From contig CAZQXB010000001.1 in assembly GCA_964597575.1 (NCBI GenBank), positions 530,111-594,110 on the forward strand: a stretch of 64,000 bases of DNA. Direction: 5' to 3'. The position numbers were made by a program, and so were the translations under genes. Under the pieces are notes generated by a model. It saw nothing but the letters and a program-made list of their open reading frames with translations. It was not told the DNA's origin and ran no database searches. The number at the start of each line of letters is the position of its first letter. The stretch's first letter is position 1. This DNA comes from an uncultured Gammaproteobacteria bacterium (GTDB lineage: Bacteria > Patescibacteriota > Patescibacteriia > Magasanikbacterales > UBA922). Positions 48,401 through 56,942 of the stretch are shown here, piece after piece.

Positions 48401-49110
48401 CGAGTCTTCCGAATGAAAAATCAGATACAACTATCTTCAATAAGGATACACTCTTCCAGACACGAATCTTGAAAGTTCCTAATGCACAAATTCAAAAAGA
48501 CACACTCATGAGTATTGAATTTAAAAAGGAAAATCATAATCGTCGGGAAAATACACTCTATTATGATATTGCCTTCCGGTACTTCTTACCGCTTGGGGTC
48601 GTGGCACCGCGTGACGAAGGTTTTACGCTTTCTCGTACTATGTATGTTGCATCTGATACTGAAGAAGCAAAGCCAGTCTTAGGTGGCCGAGTAGGAGATG
48701 TGCTTAAAGTAAAAGGGGAGTTGATCGTTCCAAAATCAAGAAATCACATTGCGATTGAAGAGTATATTCCAGCGGGAGCAGAAATTGTGAATTTTAACCT
48801 AGCTACAGAAAGTCGAGAGGCGCTCGAGAATAATGAAAATAATACGAATAATGATCCGTACTACGGGAATAACTACTGGTATGGAAATAATGATGGCAAG
48901 CGCCCACTGTACCCAAGTGTTCAAGAAACTCGGGATGATCGACTATATATGGTGGTAGACCGTCTTGATCCAGGCGTCTATACCTATGAATACTTTATTC
49001 GTCTTCTTGTGCCTGGGACCTTCCAGCATCTTCCAGCGGTAGTCAATGAAAAGTACTTCCCAGAAAACTTTGGAAGAACGGGAGGAAGTATATTCACGAT
49101 TAAAGAGTAG
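42466..49110 (+). CDS. Giant (2214 aa) membrane-anchored alpha-2-macroglobulin-family protein with multiple MG/Ig-like domains and no CxEQ thioester
   Basis: N-terminal TM (FLVALLLIALGLLALLVYL), many beta-sandwich repeats, and the A2M signature RLPDNLTTWQLESVG. At the canonical thioester position the sequence is VQYPYSSTEEIATKL (P-x-G-C-G-E-Q replaced by P-Y-S-S-T-E-E). An alpha-helical TED-like region follows, then a C-terminal receptor-binding-like domain. Confidence 0.75.
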   Translation: MSAKNTTAQAVVFTIIMENVSSGSEVSGPKGIERWLRKAPQIPRKPFLVALLLIALGLLALLVYLNRSSIAFTPKPEYTTAYSLVAPSISESANIVVHLPKGVDAEQAKNNITFHPGIKGEWVLASTVDSVVYNPEKKLSVGKYYTVTLTSPEGTIGKDFLAEEDPAVAAVFPKADTETHEKTNITVVFNRPMIPVSTVDKTAEKEIPLVIEPATPGRFKWVGTRTVQFIPETTLKASTNYRISIPDSLPSLEGIRIASVAPVTFTTRHLRYDALSHGSLRYNQPVRIQFNQPVDLEKTAREITLVKIKGEDRENVEAEIEYGTKAVFNTEKNVYETVQDTSAVNVFQKKDTHGRKKLWDFTENYTVTIKKAYPVDGDIILAEERSTSVIITGVIESLTANSPRTGFAAPNFFDPEGQLVLRFFEDINIDKSAIDAPHITSLTYGEKCPDTGEQGEKGESFFYSDVPCEKVPDKRTVLLTVDKSKFTLGDTFQLVLKRIVNMEGLTINPDVIRNDIKLPPVLKVRQPTNGVVVPAYGNITTLESLVFCSNSPIEKNYGKTAPGVTATPGFEKAPTWNKSMLIPEPIPENISVGYYVCNPGEFQTELSYGLAPETAYTLSVPTEDPFGSKELVTVPLKTGKMPGVNLTFFHLQKNYTVTTPLKTKLTYATQNMEFIDVHVCKVSSETLLKYVTVGGPQFYEGPGTVGPCISTVTKRIPIDRHFWVNNYVQVDLKEFSSDILGSYVVTLSHPDYREPYAQQRPVFERTFVSVTNLSVVEKKIELHENQYAPEGLQEGVDNAKRQALSNIYWVTDSKTLAPVLGARISVFTSQNKPGANFVESGTIVNTGKDGLATALPRTDQIGVVVSIPGDSTILPSNSVQLQYGTYAQQSESYYVYTDRPIYRPTHEVFIKGLYRGGYDGAYEILQGKKITIKVYDSSSKELLSEEVSVSDFGTFETRLVLPKDAPLGSYRIQAGNNGYGSFEVEEYVPAAFKVDAKATQEEYVTGDAVSVDIDAAYYFGAPVEGGTIEYSLGSQNYYFDKYRDEYFTFGSGWYSCYRECNYGDKFILRNRVSLGANGKARITHTLDFKKIFPNEDDRQSKIVVMYITVKNTSGQSITKQVSFIVHGGDYYLGLATDKFFGSKNDPVGMKVKSVDIKGKPLRVRDITLAWNKVSYTYAKRQEVDGGFYYNWEQKFTSVYNETFSTNGDGNWSGTYTPTEQGEYELKLSGVDSRGNTIQTKTRLYITGSEQAGEGLVQPTNDTSLEIVTDKASLGVGDTANIIIKSPFQQAKALVAVERGQVFHYEVVDVKYGLHKYSFPIKEAYVPNVYASVTLLSDSPEVKSGNIAFQINTRKKEIDIVAKPNKKEYLPGEEVTITFTAKDSDGKPVETELSAAVVDMSVLALKGNPKKNPVMFFYGGFPLTVSTASNLKNILQQIEVPNGTKGGGGSEPEDLATKKRGEFKDTAFWQGTLKTDKNGRATAIFRLPDNLTTWQLESVGITKDTKLGVSYSEFTAKKNLMVVPLYPRFAIPGDEFMVGAKVFNQTATRQTFAVTYESENLPLVKSGDSKKNITLAANETRTVYFRVATDAHENNEEGYRLQFTVGAKNSRYEDTVEQSILLSKNATYETLATAGVSSADALRESVYVPGNIIPDRGELTIKSSATLAVFLSDAIKFLVQYPYSSTEEIATKLEAIAVYKEGMALKNVGDAFGTPTGTFDGITYSMDEIVQLGLAKLYKYQTTDGGFTYYQPQYGYGTYGMQGDVYLTTRIARALDRLEKVGYTIDKEKQRSVFRFLAADFQYHVQRNPIWYERHIAVASALYDLKKYGTVPASVPNQIRLILRDEKYLKERIGTQTLATLNLLLSAEKKEFGSRAINQTLDLLENRIEIDARGAYVKPNAELMWECYETPIRDTALLVKAMIRADRLSEVTPNIIRWLLASRDKNGAWSSTMNTISTADALVEYLGYSRETESDFTLSTSLPNEKSDTTIFNKDTLFQTRILKVPNAQIQKDTLMSIEFKKENHNRRENTLYYDIAFRYFLPLGVVAPRDEGFTLSRTMYVASDTEEAKPVLGGRVGDVLKVKGELIVPKSRNHIAIEEYIPAGAEIVNFNLATESREALENNENNTNNDPYYGNNYWYGNNDGKRPLYPSVQETRDDRLYMVVDRLDPGVYTYEYFIRLLVPGTFQHLPAVVNEKYFPENFGRTGGSIFTIKE

Positions 49111-49112
49111 GG

Positions 49113-51203
49113 TTACTCGACTTCAGACCGTTCGAGAAAGAAGCGTATTGTCGCTTCTTTTTCTTTTCCTTTTGCGCGAAGCATTTTTGGTCCACTTGTG
49201 GTTGGTCGATATTCTAAAGTCTTTCCAGTGCCCTCGAGTACATCATCAATATACCAAGTAACCACCTCAGCTGCTTCCAAGCGAATGGTTGTATTTCTCT
49301 CAAGAAGGAACCGGTCGTCGTTGTGAGGGTTAAGGATAAGATCAGAAGAGACTAAAAGTTGTTTTTTTGCTTCAAAATCATCATAAGGAAGACCGAATTC
49401 TAGGGTTTCTCCATCTTGGAATTCTTTAAGAGAAGAAAACGTGAACGGTGTTTTTTTATTATAGGGGGTAGCAAAGAGTGCATTCATACTCTCGTGCCAA
49501 ATAGTTCCAGCCCCCAGCTGCCCTGAAACGGCATCCATTGGTGTGTTATCACTGTTGCCAACCCATACTCCGAGCACAAAATCAGGCGTATATCCGACCG
49601 TCCAACTGTCGTGATATTCTCTTGATGTGCCAGTTTTTACGGCATAGTTTTTTTGGAGAAGTGTGAGGCTGCTTTTATCACCAAATTGCTCTATTCCAGT
49701 CTGCCGATCGGAGAGAATTTTGGTAACGAGTTCAATATATGGACGAGATGCAACCGTGTTTGTTATTTGAAATGAAGGGATGGAGAGGCTTGGTCCGTTT
49801 AGCACAAAACGAAGAGGGGAGATATTGCCGTGGCGGGGAAAGAGGGTGAAGTAATACGCCAGATGCGCGAGATCCATCTCTAATCCACCGAGGGCGATGC
49901 CGAGTTCATAATTCCGAATATCTTGAATTGGGGTAAATGCCAAATCTTTTATGAGAAATTGAGTAAAATTTTCGATACCGATGTATTCAAGCACTTTTAC
50001 CGTCGGCACATTCAAGCTGTTCGTGAGAGCGTAGTGTAAACTCACTGGCCCGTGGTATGTGTAATCATAATTTTTAGGGTAAAAGGAAAAACCTGAACCA
50101 ACGGTGTAACGATACTCTCGATCATCGACAATGGTATAGGGGCGGAGACCTTTTTCAAACCCTTTAAGGTAGATGAAAGGCTTCATCGTAGATCCGATAG
50201 GGCGTGGGCGAACGGCCATGTTAATTTTATATCCGCTACGCTCTTCTGTGGGGTTCGGAGAGCCGATCATGGCCAGGAGCTCGTTTTGGTTTGAAAGAAC
50301 AACAATGGCACCATTATGGACATTTTTTGTTTCGAGGTGAAGAATGTTTCGCTCCAGAATCTCCCGAAGTTGTTCGGTTAGCGCTTTATCGATGGTTAAG
50401 GTGCAGGAAGAAGAGCATTGAAGCCCGAGCTCTTGTAATTCAAACGCGGTCTTTGTTGACATCTGCTCAAGGAAGCGCTCCTTTCTATCCTGAATATCCT
50501 CAACTCCGGGTGTTTTATATGATTCATTTCCAGGCCGGGCAGTTTGAAGAAAGAGATTTGTCTGAACACTATTTATGTTCGTAAAAGGATGGCCTTTGGA
50601 AGGGTCGGAAATCGTGCTGACTAAGCTCGCGACCTCTTCAGTGCGAAGGGATTCCGGGGTTGATCCGAAATAGAGTTCGCTTGCGCTTTGAATTCCCTGA
50701 ACACTATTTCCGAAGTAAATACTGTTCACATACATGATAAGGATCTCTTCTTTACTGAGGCGTAATTCAAGGGATAGCGCATACCATGTTTCAATGAGTT
50801 TATTGGTAAAAGTACGCTCGTTTTCTTGAGACAGAAGAATTTTGACGAGTTGCTGGGTTACGGTACTCGAAGCCAAGTTTGAACCCCCTCGGACCCAGTG
50901 ACTTATGGCACGGAGAACACTTCCGGGGTTCACCCCCTTATGGTAATAAAAATACCGGTCCTCCTTCAAAAGAAGAAGATTTTCAACTGATTTTGGGATT
51001 CTTTTTGTGTAAATGGCATAGTAGCCAGAGGGGTTTTGTTTTACCTGGATAATCTCCCCGTGTCGGTCACGAATAACAATAGACTGTCGTTTTTCATACG
51101 TCTGCTTTAGTTCAGCGACTGCCTTATTGGTTTGCCAGAAAAGACCTGTTATAACAAGAATTACCGCAGTTAAAATCACTATTTTTTGTGTGAGCTTTTT
51201 CAT
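49113..51203 (-). CDS. Class A bifunctional penicillin-binding protein (GT51 transglycosylase plus transpeptidase), PBP1C-like
   Basis: N-terminal TM. GT51 motifs EDRYFYYHKGV and SSTVTQQLVK. Transpeptidase motifs STMKPF (SxxK), SLN and KTGTS. The gene is convergent with the A2M gene, with a 2-nt gap. Confidence 0.8.
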   Translation of the reverse strand: MKKLTQKIVILTAVILVITGLFWQTNKAVAELKQTYEKRQSIVIRDRHGEIIQVKQNPSGYYAIYTKRIPKSVENLLLLKEDRYFYYHKGVNPGSVLRAISHWVRGGSNLASSTVTQQLVKILLSQENERTFTNKLIETWYALSLELRLSKEEILIMYVNSIYFGNSVQGIQSASELYFGSTPESLRTEEVASLVSTISDPSKGHPFTNINSVQTNLFLQTARPGNESYKTPGVEDIQDRKERFLEQMSTKTAFELQELGLQCSSSCTLTIDKALTEQLREILERNILHLETKNVHNGAIVVLSNQNELLAMIGSPNPTEERSGYKINMAVRPRPIGSTMKPFIYLKGFEKGLRPYTIVDDREYRYTVGSGFSFYPKNYDYTYHGPVSLHYALTNSLNVPTVKVLEYIGIENFTQFLIKDLAFTPIQDIRNYELGIALGGLEMDLAHLAYYFTLFPRHGNISPLRFVLNGPSLSIPSFQITNTVASRPYIELVTKILSDRQTGIEQFGDKSSLTLLQKNYAVKTGTSREYHDSWTVGYTPDFVLGVWVGNSDNTPMDAVSGQLGAGTIWHESMNALFATPYNKKTPFTFSSLKEFQDGETLEFGLPYDDFEAKKQLLVSSDLILNPHNDDRFLLERNTTIRLEAAEVVTWYIDDVLEGTGKTLEYRPTTSGPKMLRAKGKEKEATIRFFLERSEVE

Positions 51204-51294
51204 AAAAGGTTCGACTCAGCTTATCACAGTATAGGTGGATTTTCAATGCTTGTACACGGGATTGACACGGGCACTATTATTCGCTAGTTTATGA

Positions 51295-51822
51295 TTGGAG
51301 GAAAACATGGTACGCAAAGGCAATCGCCGAGCAAACTATCTTCCGGAAGAAGACTCTTATCCGAGGTTTTCTTTCGAGGTAAGGGATTTTGGTGTCGAGG
51401 GCACAACCTCTTACATTACCCTTAATGTTCGGGAATTTCAGGAAGAGAACCGGCTCGTTGAAATTCGAACCGTGTATTCTTGGTCACAGCTGCGGAATTT
51501 TTTACGCTCTTACCGCGATGACCTCGATAAAGGGGAGAGTGAGATTATTTCCCGTTTTATTCAGAAGCACCTCCCCACGTTCCCGAAGACGTCCTTGCAG
51601 GTACCGGTCAAATACCTCGATCAAGCGGTTCCGATCGGAGACAAGAGCCTTAAAACCAGGCTCGCAATTGAGAGCGCTAAGGAGCGAGCTCAGCCGGAAA
51701 AAGTAGAGGTGCGTGTCCCGGAAGCACGGAAGCTCCGGGGCTCTTCGGCGCCTGAAATCGAGCCCTCCGACAATTGGTATTACTCCGGATACTTCGGCCA
51801 GCTCAAGGTGGGTCGAGCTTAG
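51295..51822 (+). CDS. Hypothetical charged protein
   Basis: 175-aa ORF with no recognisable motif. Followed by a terminator-like hairpin. Confidence 0.35.
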   Translation: MEENMVRKGNRRANYLPEEDSYPRFSFEVRDFGVEGTTSYITLNVREFQEENRLVEIRTVYSWSQLRNFLRSYRDDLDKGESEIISRFIQKHLPTFPKTSLQVPVKYLDQAVPIGDKSLKTRLAIESAKERAQPEKVEVRVPEARKLRGSSAPEIEPSDNWYYSGYFGQLKVGRA

Positions 51823-51830
51823 GTAAGAAC

Positions 51831-51873
51831 GGCACTCAAGTCTTCTGGAGGGAAGACTCGGGGCCGTTTTTTT
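51831..51873 (+). terminator. Rho-independent terminator-like hairpin plus T-run
   Basis: Stem AGTCTTC / GAAGACT around loop TGGAGG, with outer GGC/GCC pairs, then a TTTTTTT run at 51867-51873. Confidence 0.45.
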
Positions 51874-51930
51874 CGTTTGTGGCGTATTTTTCGCTGCTAC
51901 GGTACAATATGGCTACTCTTTATCCTCTGT

Positions 51931-52803
51931 ATGCCTAAAGACAAATACTCAGCAGTGTGGGTTTCTCATACTTCAATTTCAGATTATCTCGCGTGTCCGC
52001 GCGCCTATTACTTAAAACACATTTACAAAGATCCAAAAACGAATCATAAAATAAAGCTCATGAGTCCGCCGCTTGCCCTTGGTCAAGCCGTACATGAGGT
52101 TTTAGAGGCGCTGTCTTATAAAAAAGTAACAGAGCGTTTTTTAGAGCCGCTTCTTGTTACGTTTGATCGTGCGTGGGAAAAAGTGACGGGGAAACTCGGT
52201 GGTTTTCGCGACCCGGAAGAAGAGCGTCGGTATAAAGAGCGGGGGATGGAGATGATGCGTCGGGCAACACGCCACCCAGGGCCGCTCGCAAAGTTGTCGG
52301 TTAAGATCGGGCAAGATCTCCCTTTTTTCTGGCTCTCCGAAGAACAAAATATTATTTTATGCGGTAAAATTGATTGGTTGGAATATTTGTCGGAAACACA
52401 AAGTGTTCACATTATCGATTTTAAAACGAGTAAAAAAGAAGAAGATGGAAGTTCGCTTCAGTTACCGATTTATCGCCTCCTTGTCCATCATTGTCAAAAA
52501 TATGCCGTCGATAAAGCAAGTTACTGGTATCTTGAAATTTCTGACACGCTCACCGAAAAAGTTCTCCCGCCTCTTGAGGAGGCACGAAATATGGTTTTGC
52601 GTATTGCAGAACAAATTGCGCTGGCCAGAAAATTAGAACGATTCAATTGCCCAGAGAAAACAGGGTGTCGAAACTGTACCCCGTATGAACGTGTGATTGC
52701 AGGCGAGGCGGAATTTGTGGGGAGCGACGCGTACCGAACAGATGTATATATTCTCCCACGTCCTACAGAAAATGATGAAATGCCGGAAAGTGAGATTCTC
52801 TAG
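51931..52803 (+). CDS. Stand-alone PD-(D/E)XK nuclease with Cas4/AddB-like Cys cluster
   Basis: One N-terminal Cys (YLACPRAYYLKH) plus three C-terminal Cys (CPEKTGCRNC). Nuclease core around IIDFKTSKK. Start moved to MPKDKYSAVW. Confidence 0.6.
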   Translation: MPKDKYSAVWVSHTSISDYLACPRAYYLKHIYKDPKTNHKIKLMSPPLALGQAVHEVLEALSYKKVTERFLEPLLVTFDRAWEKVTGKLGGFRDPEEERRYKERGMEMMRRATRHPGPLAKLSVKIGQDLPFFWLSEEQNIILCGKIDWLEYLSETQSVHIIDFKTSKKEEDGSSLQLPIYRLLVHHCQKYAVDKASYWYLEISDTLTEKVLPPLEEARNMVLRIAEQIALARKLERFNCPEKTGCRNCTPYERVIAGEAEFVGSDAYRTDVYILPRPTENDEMPESEIL

Positions 52804-52911
52804 CGCATAAGCCCTTGCGAAATAGCGGAAAAATATGATAGGCTTTCTGATAAGAAAGATGCTTCTTTAAGTTGCGTCTAGGAAATTGCGAAGTTGTTTT
52901 TTCTATAGTTT

Positions 52912-53526
52912 ATGCATCTTTTTACCATAGTTACCTGGGTCACCTATAGTTTGTCGGCCCTTACGCTTATCGGGGGGCTGTTTGTAGTAGCTGTTTTTGC
53001 GAAAATTCTTTTTCTTCGTCTTCACCCTTCGCACGTATGGGCTCAAAAAATCCAATCTTGCCTTACCTGGATAGGGCAGCGTGCATATTTGGGCATTTTT
53101 GTTATCGCTTTAACTGCAACACTCGGAAGTTTATTTTACTCAGAAATTGCTCATTTTGTTCCCTGTGTTCTTTGTTGGTATCAACGTATCGCCATGTATC
53201 CGCTGGTACTCACTTCATTTATCGCATATCGCCATCGTGATGTCGCAGGAGCAAAATATATGCTTCCAGCTGCACTGATCGGAATCAGTATTGCCCTGTA
53301 TCATTATATTCTTCAGATCGTCAGTTTATTTGCAGAAATTCCTGAAACCTTCCTCCCATGTTCGACAGTAGGGATGACCGCCTCATGCACCTCAAGTCAT
53401 TTTATGACGTTTGGGTATATTACCATTCCAATGATGTCATTAACCGCTTTTGTTATGATTTGCACTTTGCTTTATCTCCAGCGCCGCTCGGCAACGACTA
53501 TCCTTCCGTCTGCGCCGAAGTCATAA
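52912..53526 (+). CDS. DsbB/BdbC-family disulfide oxidoreductase (membrane)
   Basis: VPCVLCWYQRIAMYPL matches the BdbC/DsbB CxxC-WYQR motif. A second Cys pair (CSTVGMTASC) is present. Has an extra N-terminal TM. Confidence 0.6.
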   Translation: MHLFTIVTWVTYSLSALTLIGGLFVVAVFAKILFLRLHPSHVWAQKIQSCLTWIGQRAYLGIFVIALTATLGSLFYSEIAHFVPCVLCWYQRIAMYPLVLTSFIAYRHRDVAGAKYMLPAALIGISIALYHYILQIVSLFAEIPETFLPCSTVGMTASCTSSHFMTFGYITIPMMSLTAFVMICTLLYLQRRSATTILPSAPKS

Positions 53527-53594
53527 TGCTTATATGTGGGCGGTATAGGAGGGTTTTCCACTGAAAATATTTCTTCATTCATTTATCCCTTTTT

Positions 53595-54161
53595 ATGCCT
53601 GAGGTACGCTACATGGTGATTATTCATGTGAACGATGAGTTTCGTTCGCTTGTTACCACTCTTCGTCAAAGCCTGGATCGAAGTGGGGCAGCAGACATTC
53701 CCGCTCCAGGAGGTCGGGTAAATTTGCACGAATCTCCACACTTAACCCTTGTACCTCCATTTGTTGCGAAGCAAGGGGATGAATCTGCTCTTATTGAAGC
53801 TTTCCAAAAATGGAAGTTTCCTGCGGAAACTATTACAACTGCAGAGGCCGACATTATTCATTGGACGCGAACTGGGAGTGTGCCTTTTTTTGCTTTTAAC
53901 GATGAGGTTCTCCAAACCATGTATCGGAGTCTCTATGAGACACTTTGTTCCATTTGGGTCTACACCGAGACACCCCCTGAAAAGGCATTTGTGCCCCACA
54001 TTACCATTGTCTACGGCACAGACGAAGAAGAGGCTGCAAAAGTTGTAGAAACCGTTTCAGCGATGCTTCCTAAAACACTTACCTTAGCCCAAGTTTCGCT
54101 CTGCCGCATTCATAAAGAATCGGGCTGGGAAGTTATTGCGACAAAGCAGGCTACGGCATAA
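53595..54161 (+). CDS. 2H-phosphoesterase superfamily protein (LigT / 2-prime,5-prime RNA ligase-like)
   Basis: Two H-x-T-x motifs (PHLTLVPPF and PHITIVYG), spaced as in LigT. Confidence 0.6.
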   Translation: MPEVRYMVIIHVNDEFRSLVTTLRQSLDRSGAADIPAPGGRVNLHESPHLTLVPPFVAKQGDESALIEAFQKWKFPAETITTAEADIIHWTRTGSVPFFAFNDEVLQTMYRSLYETLCSIWVYTETPPEKAFVPHITIVYGTDEEEAAKVVETVSAMLPKTLTLAQVSLCRIHKESGWEVIATKQATA

Positions 54162-54167
54162 AGTGGT

Positions 54168-56102
54168 ATGAATCCTCCTCTCGAGCACTTTGGTATTAAC
54201 GACATTGTACAATCAGCAAAAAGTTCTTTCCTTCAGAGTAAAGAGCTTTTTCATGATCTTCGCAAAAAAAGTGGGGAGTCAATAGGGGATGGCGAGTTTC
54301 TAGAAAAGCTTCACACTATTTTTTGTGCATTAGATCGAACATTATTTTGTGCGGAACTATTTAGCAATGTTCATCCGGACACTGCCTGTCGAGAAGCATT
54401 AACAAAACATGAAGGGGGGGCAAAGGCTCTTGCAACAGAAATCGTCATGTCGCGCGAATTGTATACGCGACTTCTTTCGGTCAACCAAGATGCACTCGAT
54501 ATTTTCACGACACGTTTTGTCGAAAAACTTCTGCAGGAAATGAAGACGTCGGGGGCTCACCTTGATGAAGAGGTTCAGAAAAAAATACAAACACTACAAA
54601 ATGAAATGACAGTTTTAGGTCAGGAATTCGAAAAAAATATTCGTGACGACGTAAAGCGAATGAGCATTACGGAAGAAGAGCTTCTCGGGCTTCCTCATGA
54701 TTACATTCTTGCTCATCCGCCGAATAAAGATGGTCTTGTGGAAATCACTACAAACTATCCGGATTACTTTCCTTTCATGCAATATGCAAAAAGTGCGAAA
54801 CGCCGTGAACAATTGGAGTTGTTGTTTTTGACCCGGGCGCATCCAAAGAATCAATCGGTCCTCCAAACACTTTTAGAAAAGCGGAAAGAGTTTGCTAAGC
54901 TTCTCGGATTTGACACCTGGGCTGCGTATATCACGAGCGATAAAATGGTAGAGCATCCAGACCGTGTGACGGCATTTTTGAAATCAATTCAATCGTTTGC
55001 TCGTGTAAGAGCAGAAGCAGAAATGAAAGATCTTACTGAGTTTTCTATGCAGCACGGGCACATGGGCCCCCTGGTTTCTTCAGATATGATGTACTACCGA
55101 AATCTTTTTCGTAAGGAAAAGTTTGGATTCGATGGTGCGGCTATTCGTACCTATTTCTCATACCATGCTGTTGAGGCCGGATTGTTTCAGTTAGTCGAAA
55201 AGCTTTTTGAATTAACTATTGAAACTCGCGATATTAAGGCATGGCACCCGTCGGTTCGTTCTTTTTCGGTAAAAAATAAAGAGGGGAAACTCATGGGAAT
55301 GTTCTATTTGGATATGTTTCCGCGAGAAGGGAAGTATGGTCATGCAGCTCAGTTTACGCTCGTGTCCGGAGTTAAAGACCTGCAGGTTCCCGAGGCAGCA
55401 CTCGTGTGTAACTTTCCAGACCCAGAAAAACACCCGGAAGGATTATCACTTCTTGGCTACGATGAAGTAAAAACTTTTTTTCACGAGTTTGGACATTTAC
55501 TTCACACGATTTGCGGCGGTCATACTCCGTTTGTCACTCTTTCGGGGGTGCGAACAGAATGGGATTTTGTAGAAGTACCATCACAACTTTTTGAAACCTG
55601 GGCGGCTTCGTATGAAGTGTTGTCTCAGTTTGCCAAAAAACATGATACCCGAGAACCGATTTCCGAGGAATTAGTAGAAAAATTAAAACAGTCACAAGAG
55701 TGGGGGAAAGGATTATTTGCGACACAGCAAGTGTATCAATCGATGGTTTCACTCCAATACCATCTTCAAGATATTCCAAATTTAGAGAATGGTGACCTTC
55801 TGAAACGTCTTCAAGAGACATACACCGTAATCCCGTTTCGTGAAGGGGCTCGATTTGATCTTGGTTTTGGACATCTTACTGGGTATTCTGCAATATATTA
55901 CACGTATCTTTGGTCACTTGCTTTGGCAAAAGATGTTATTTCTTTGTTTGAGCATGACGGCCTACTCGATAAAACCTTGGCGCACCGTTACCGAGACATT
56001 ATTTTGGGTCAGGGTGGAGCAAAGCCTGCATCAGTACTTTTAGAAGAATTTTTAGGGCGTCCGCACACCTTTTTGGCGTTTGAGACGTGGTTACAAAAAT
56101 AG
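54168..56102 (+). CDS. M3-family zinc metallopeptidase (oligopeptidase/Dcp-like)
   Basis: HEFGHLLH (HExxH) with the downstream E of the M3 signature. Length and helical architecture fit the family. Confidence 0.85.
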   Translation: MNPPLEHFGINDIVQSAKSSFLQSKELFHDLRKKSGESIGDGEFLEKLHTIFCALDRTLFCAELFSNVHPDTACREALTKHEGGAKALATEIVMSRELYTRLLSVNQDALDIFTTRFVEKLLQEMKTSGAHLDEEVQKKIQTLQNEMTVLGQEFEKNIRDDVKRMSITEEELLGLPHDYILAHPPNKDGLVEITTNYPDYFPFMQYAKSAKRREQLELLFLTRAHPKNQSVLQTLLEKRKEFAKLLGFDTWAAYITSDKMVEHPDRVTAFLKSIQSFARVRAEAEMKDLTEFSMQHGHMGPLVSSDMMYYRNLFRKEKFGFDGAAIRTYFSYHAVEAGLFQLVEKLFELTIETRDIKAWHPSVRSFSVKNKEGKLMGMFYLDMFPREGKYGHAAQFTLVSGVKDLQVPEAALVCNFPDPEKHPEGLSLLGYDEVKTFFHEFGHLLHTICGGHTPFVTLSGVRTEWDFVEVPSQLFETWAASYEVLSQFAKKHDTREPISEELVEKLKQSQEWGKGLFATQQVYQSMVSLQYHLQDIPNLENGDLLKRLQETYTVIPFREGARFDLGFGHLTGYSAIYYTYLWSLALAKDVISLFEHDGLLDKTLAHRYRDIILGQGGAKPASVLLEEFLGRPHTFLAFETWLQK

Positions 56103-56215
56103 TAAAAATCGTTATAAAAAACAAACACCCGCCGCTCCTTTGGATTTCTCCATTGGAACGGCGGGGACCTTCATCGGTTGATACTCCCGTTCCCTCGGCT
56201 GAGGGGCGGGGAGAA

Positions 56216-56869
56216 CTACCGGCCGATGATGTTGTGGGACTTGTAGACGAACTTGCTCTCGTCGTCGAACGTGACCGCCAGCGTCACGATCTCACCGGGC
56301 CGGACGAGCTCGGTCGTCCCGTCCTCGCGGAACTGCGACCGCGGGTCGACGGCCTGCCAGCCGGCGTCCGACATCTGGTGCGCCACCCCGCTGACCGCCG
56401 GCATGTGGCTGACGATCAGGATGGCCTTGGTCTCCTCGGGCTGCGGCATGTGCCGCTTGGCGATGTCCTCGAGACCGCTCCGGAAGCGGTCGAAGATCCC
56501 CTGGATGTAGCCGGAACCGACGACCTCGTCCATATCGATCAAGGACGCGACCTTGGAATCCGGGCTGCGCGCCATGGCCTGGTCGAGCGTGTTCATCTGC
56601 TCCAGGCTCGGCGCGAGCTTGGGCTCGATGTTCCAGGCGGTGCTCGGGGCGATCGCCCAGGCGGTCTGCATCGCCCGGGTGAGAGGGCTGACGTAGCAGC
56701 CCTCGAAGTGCCCCGGCTTGTACAGGTCGCCGAGCTTCTCCGCCGCCCACGCCGCGTCCTTGTGGCCCTGCTCGTTCAACGACGAGAAGGGCTTCCAGAT
56801 GCCGTCACCAGCGCCCTGCTTACCGTGACGAACCATGATGAACTCGATGCAACCGTTCTTGTTGTTCAT
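56216..56869 (-). CDS. Histidine phosphatase (phosphoglycerate mutase family) encoded in a compositional island of sharply elevated GC
   Basis: RHG motif (IMVRHGKQG) and SPLTRAMQTA motif. High GC spans only the gene body. Start placed at the Met of MNNKNGCIEFIMVRHG (56869); the ATGs at 56923 or 56836 are alternatives. Confidence 0.7.
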   Translation of the reverse strand: MNNKNGCIEFIMVRHGKQGAGDGIWKPFSSLNEQGHKDAAWAAEKLGDLYKPGHFEGCYVSPLTRAMQTAWAIAPSTAWNIEPKLAPSLEQMNTLDQAMARSPDSKVASLIDMDEVVGSGYIQGIFDRFRSGLEDIAKRHMPQPEETKAILIVSHMPAVSGVAHQMSDAGWQAVDPRSQFREDGTTELVRPGEIVTLAVTFDDESKFVYKSHNIIGR

Positions 56870-56942
56870 GAAAACTTTTCCATCTGCAAGCACCCAGCTT
56901 GCGTCTATTTGCCCGAACGGCATGTCCGGGAAATGACAAAAT

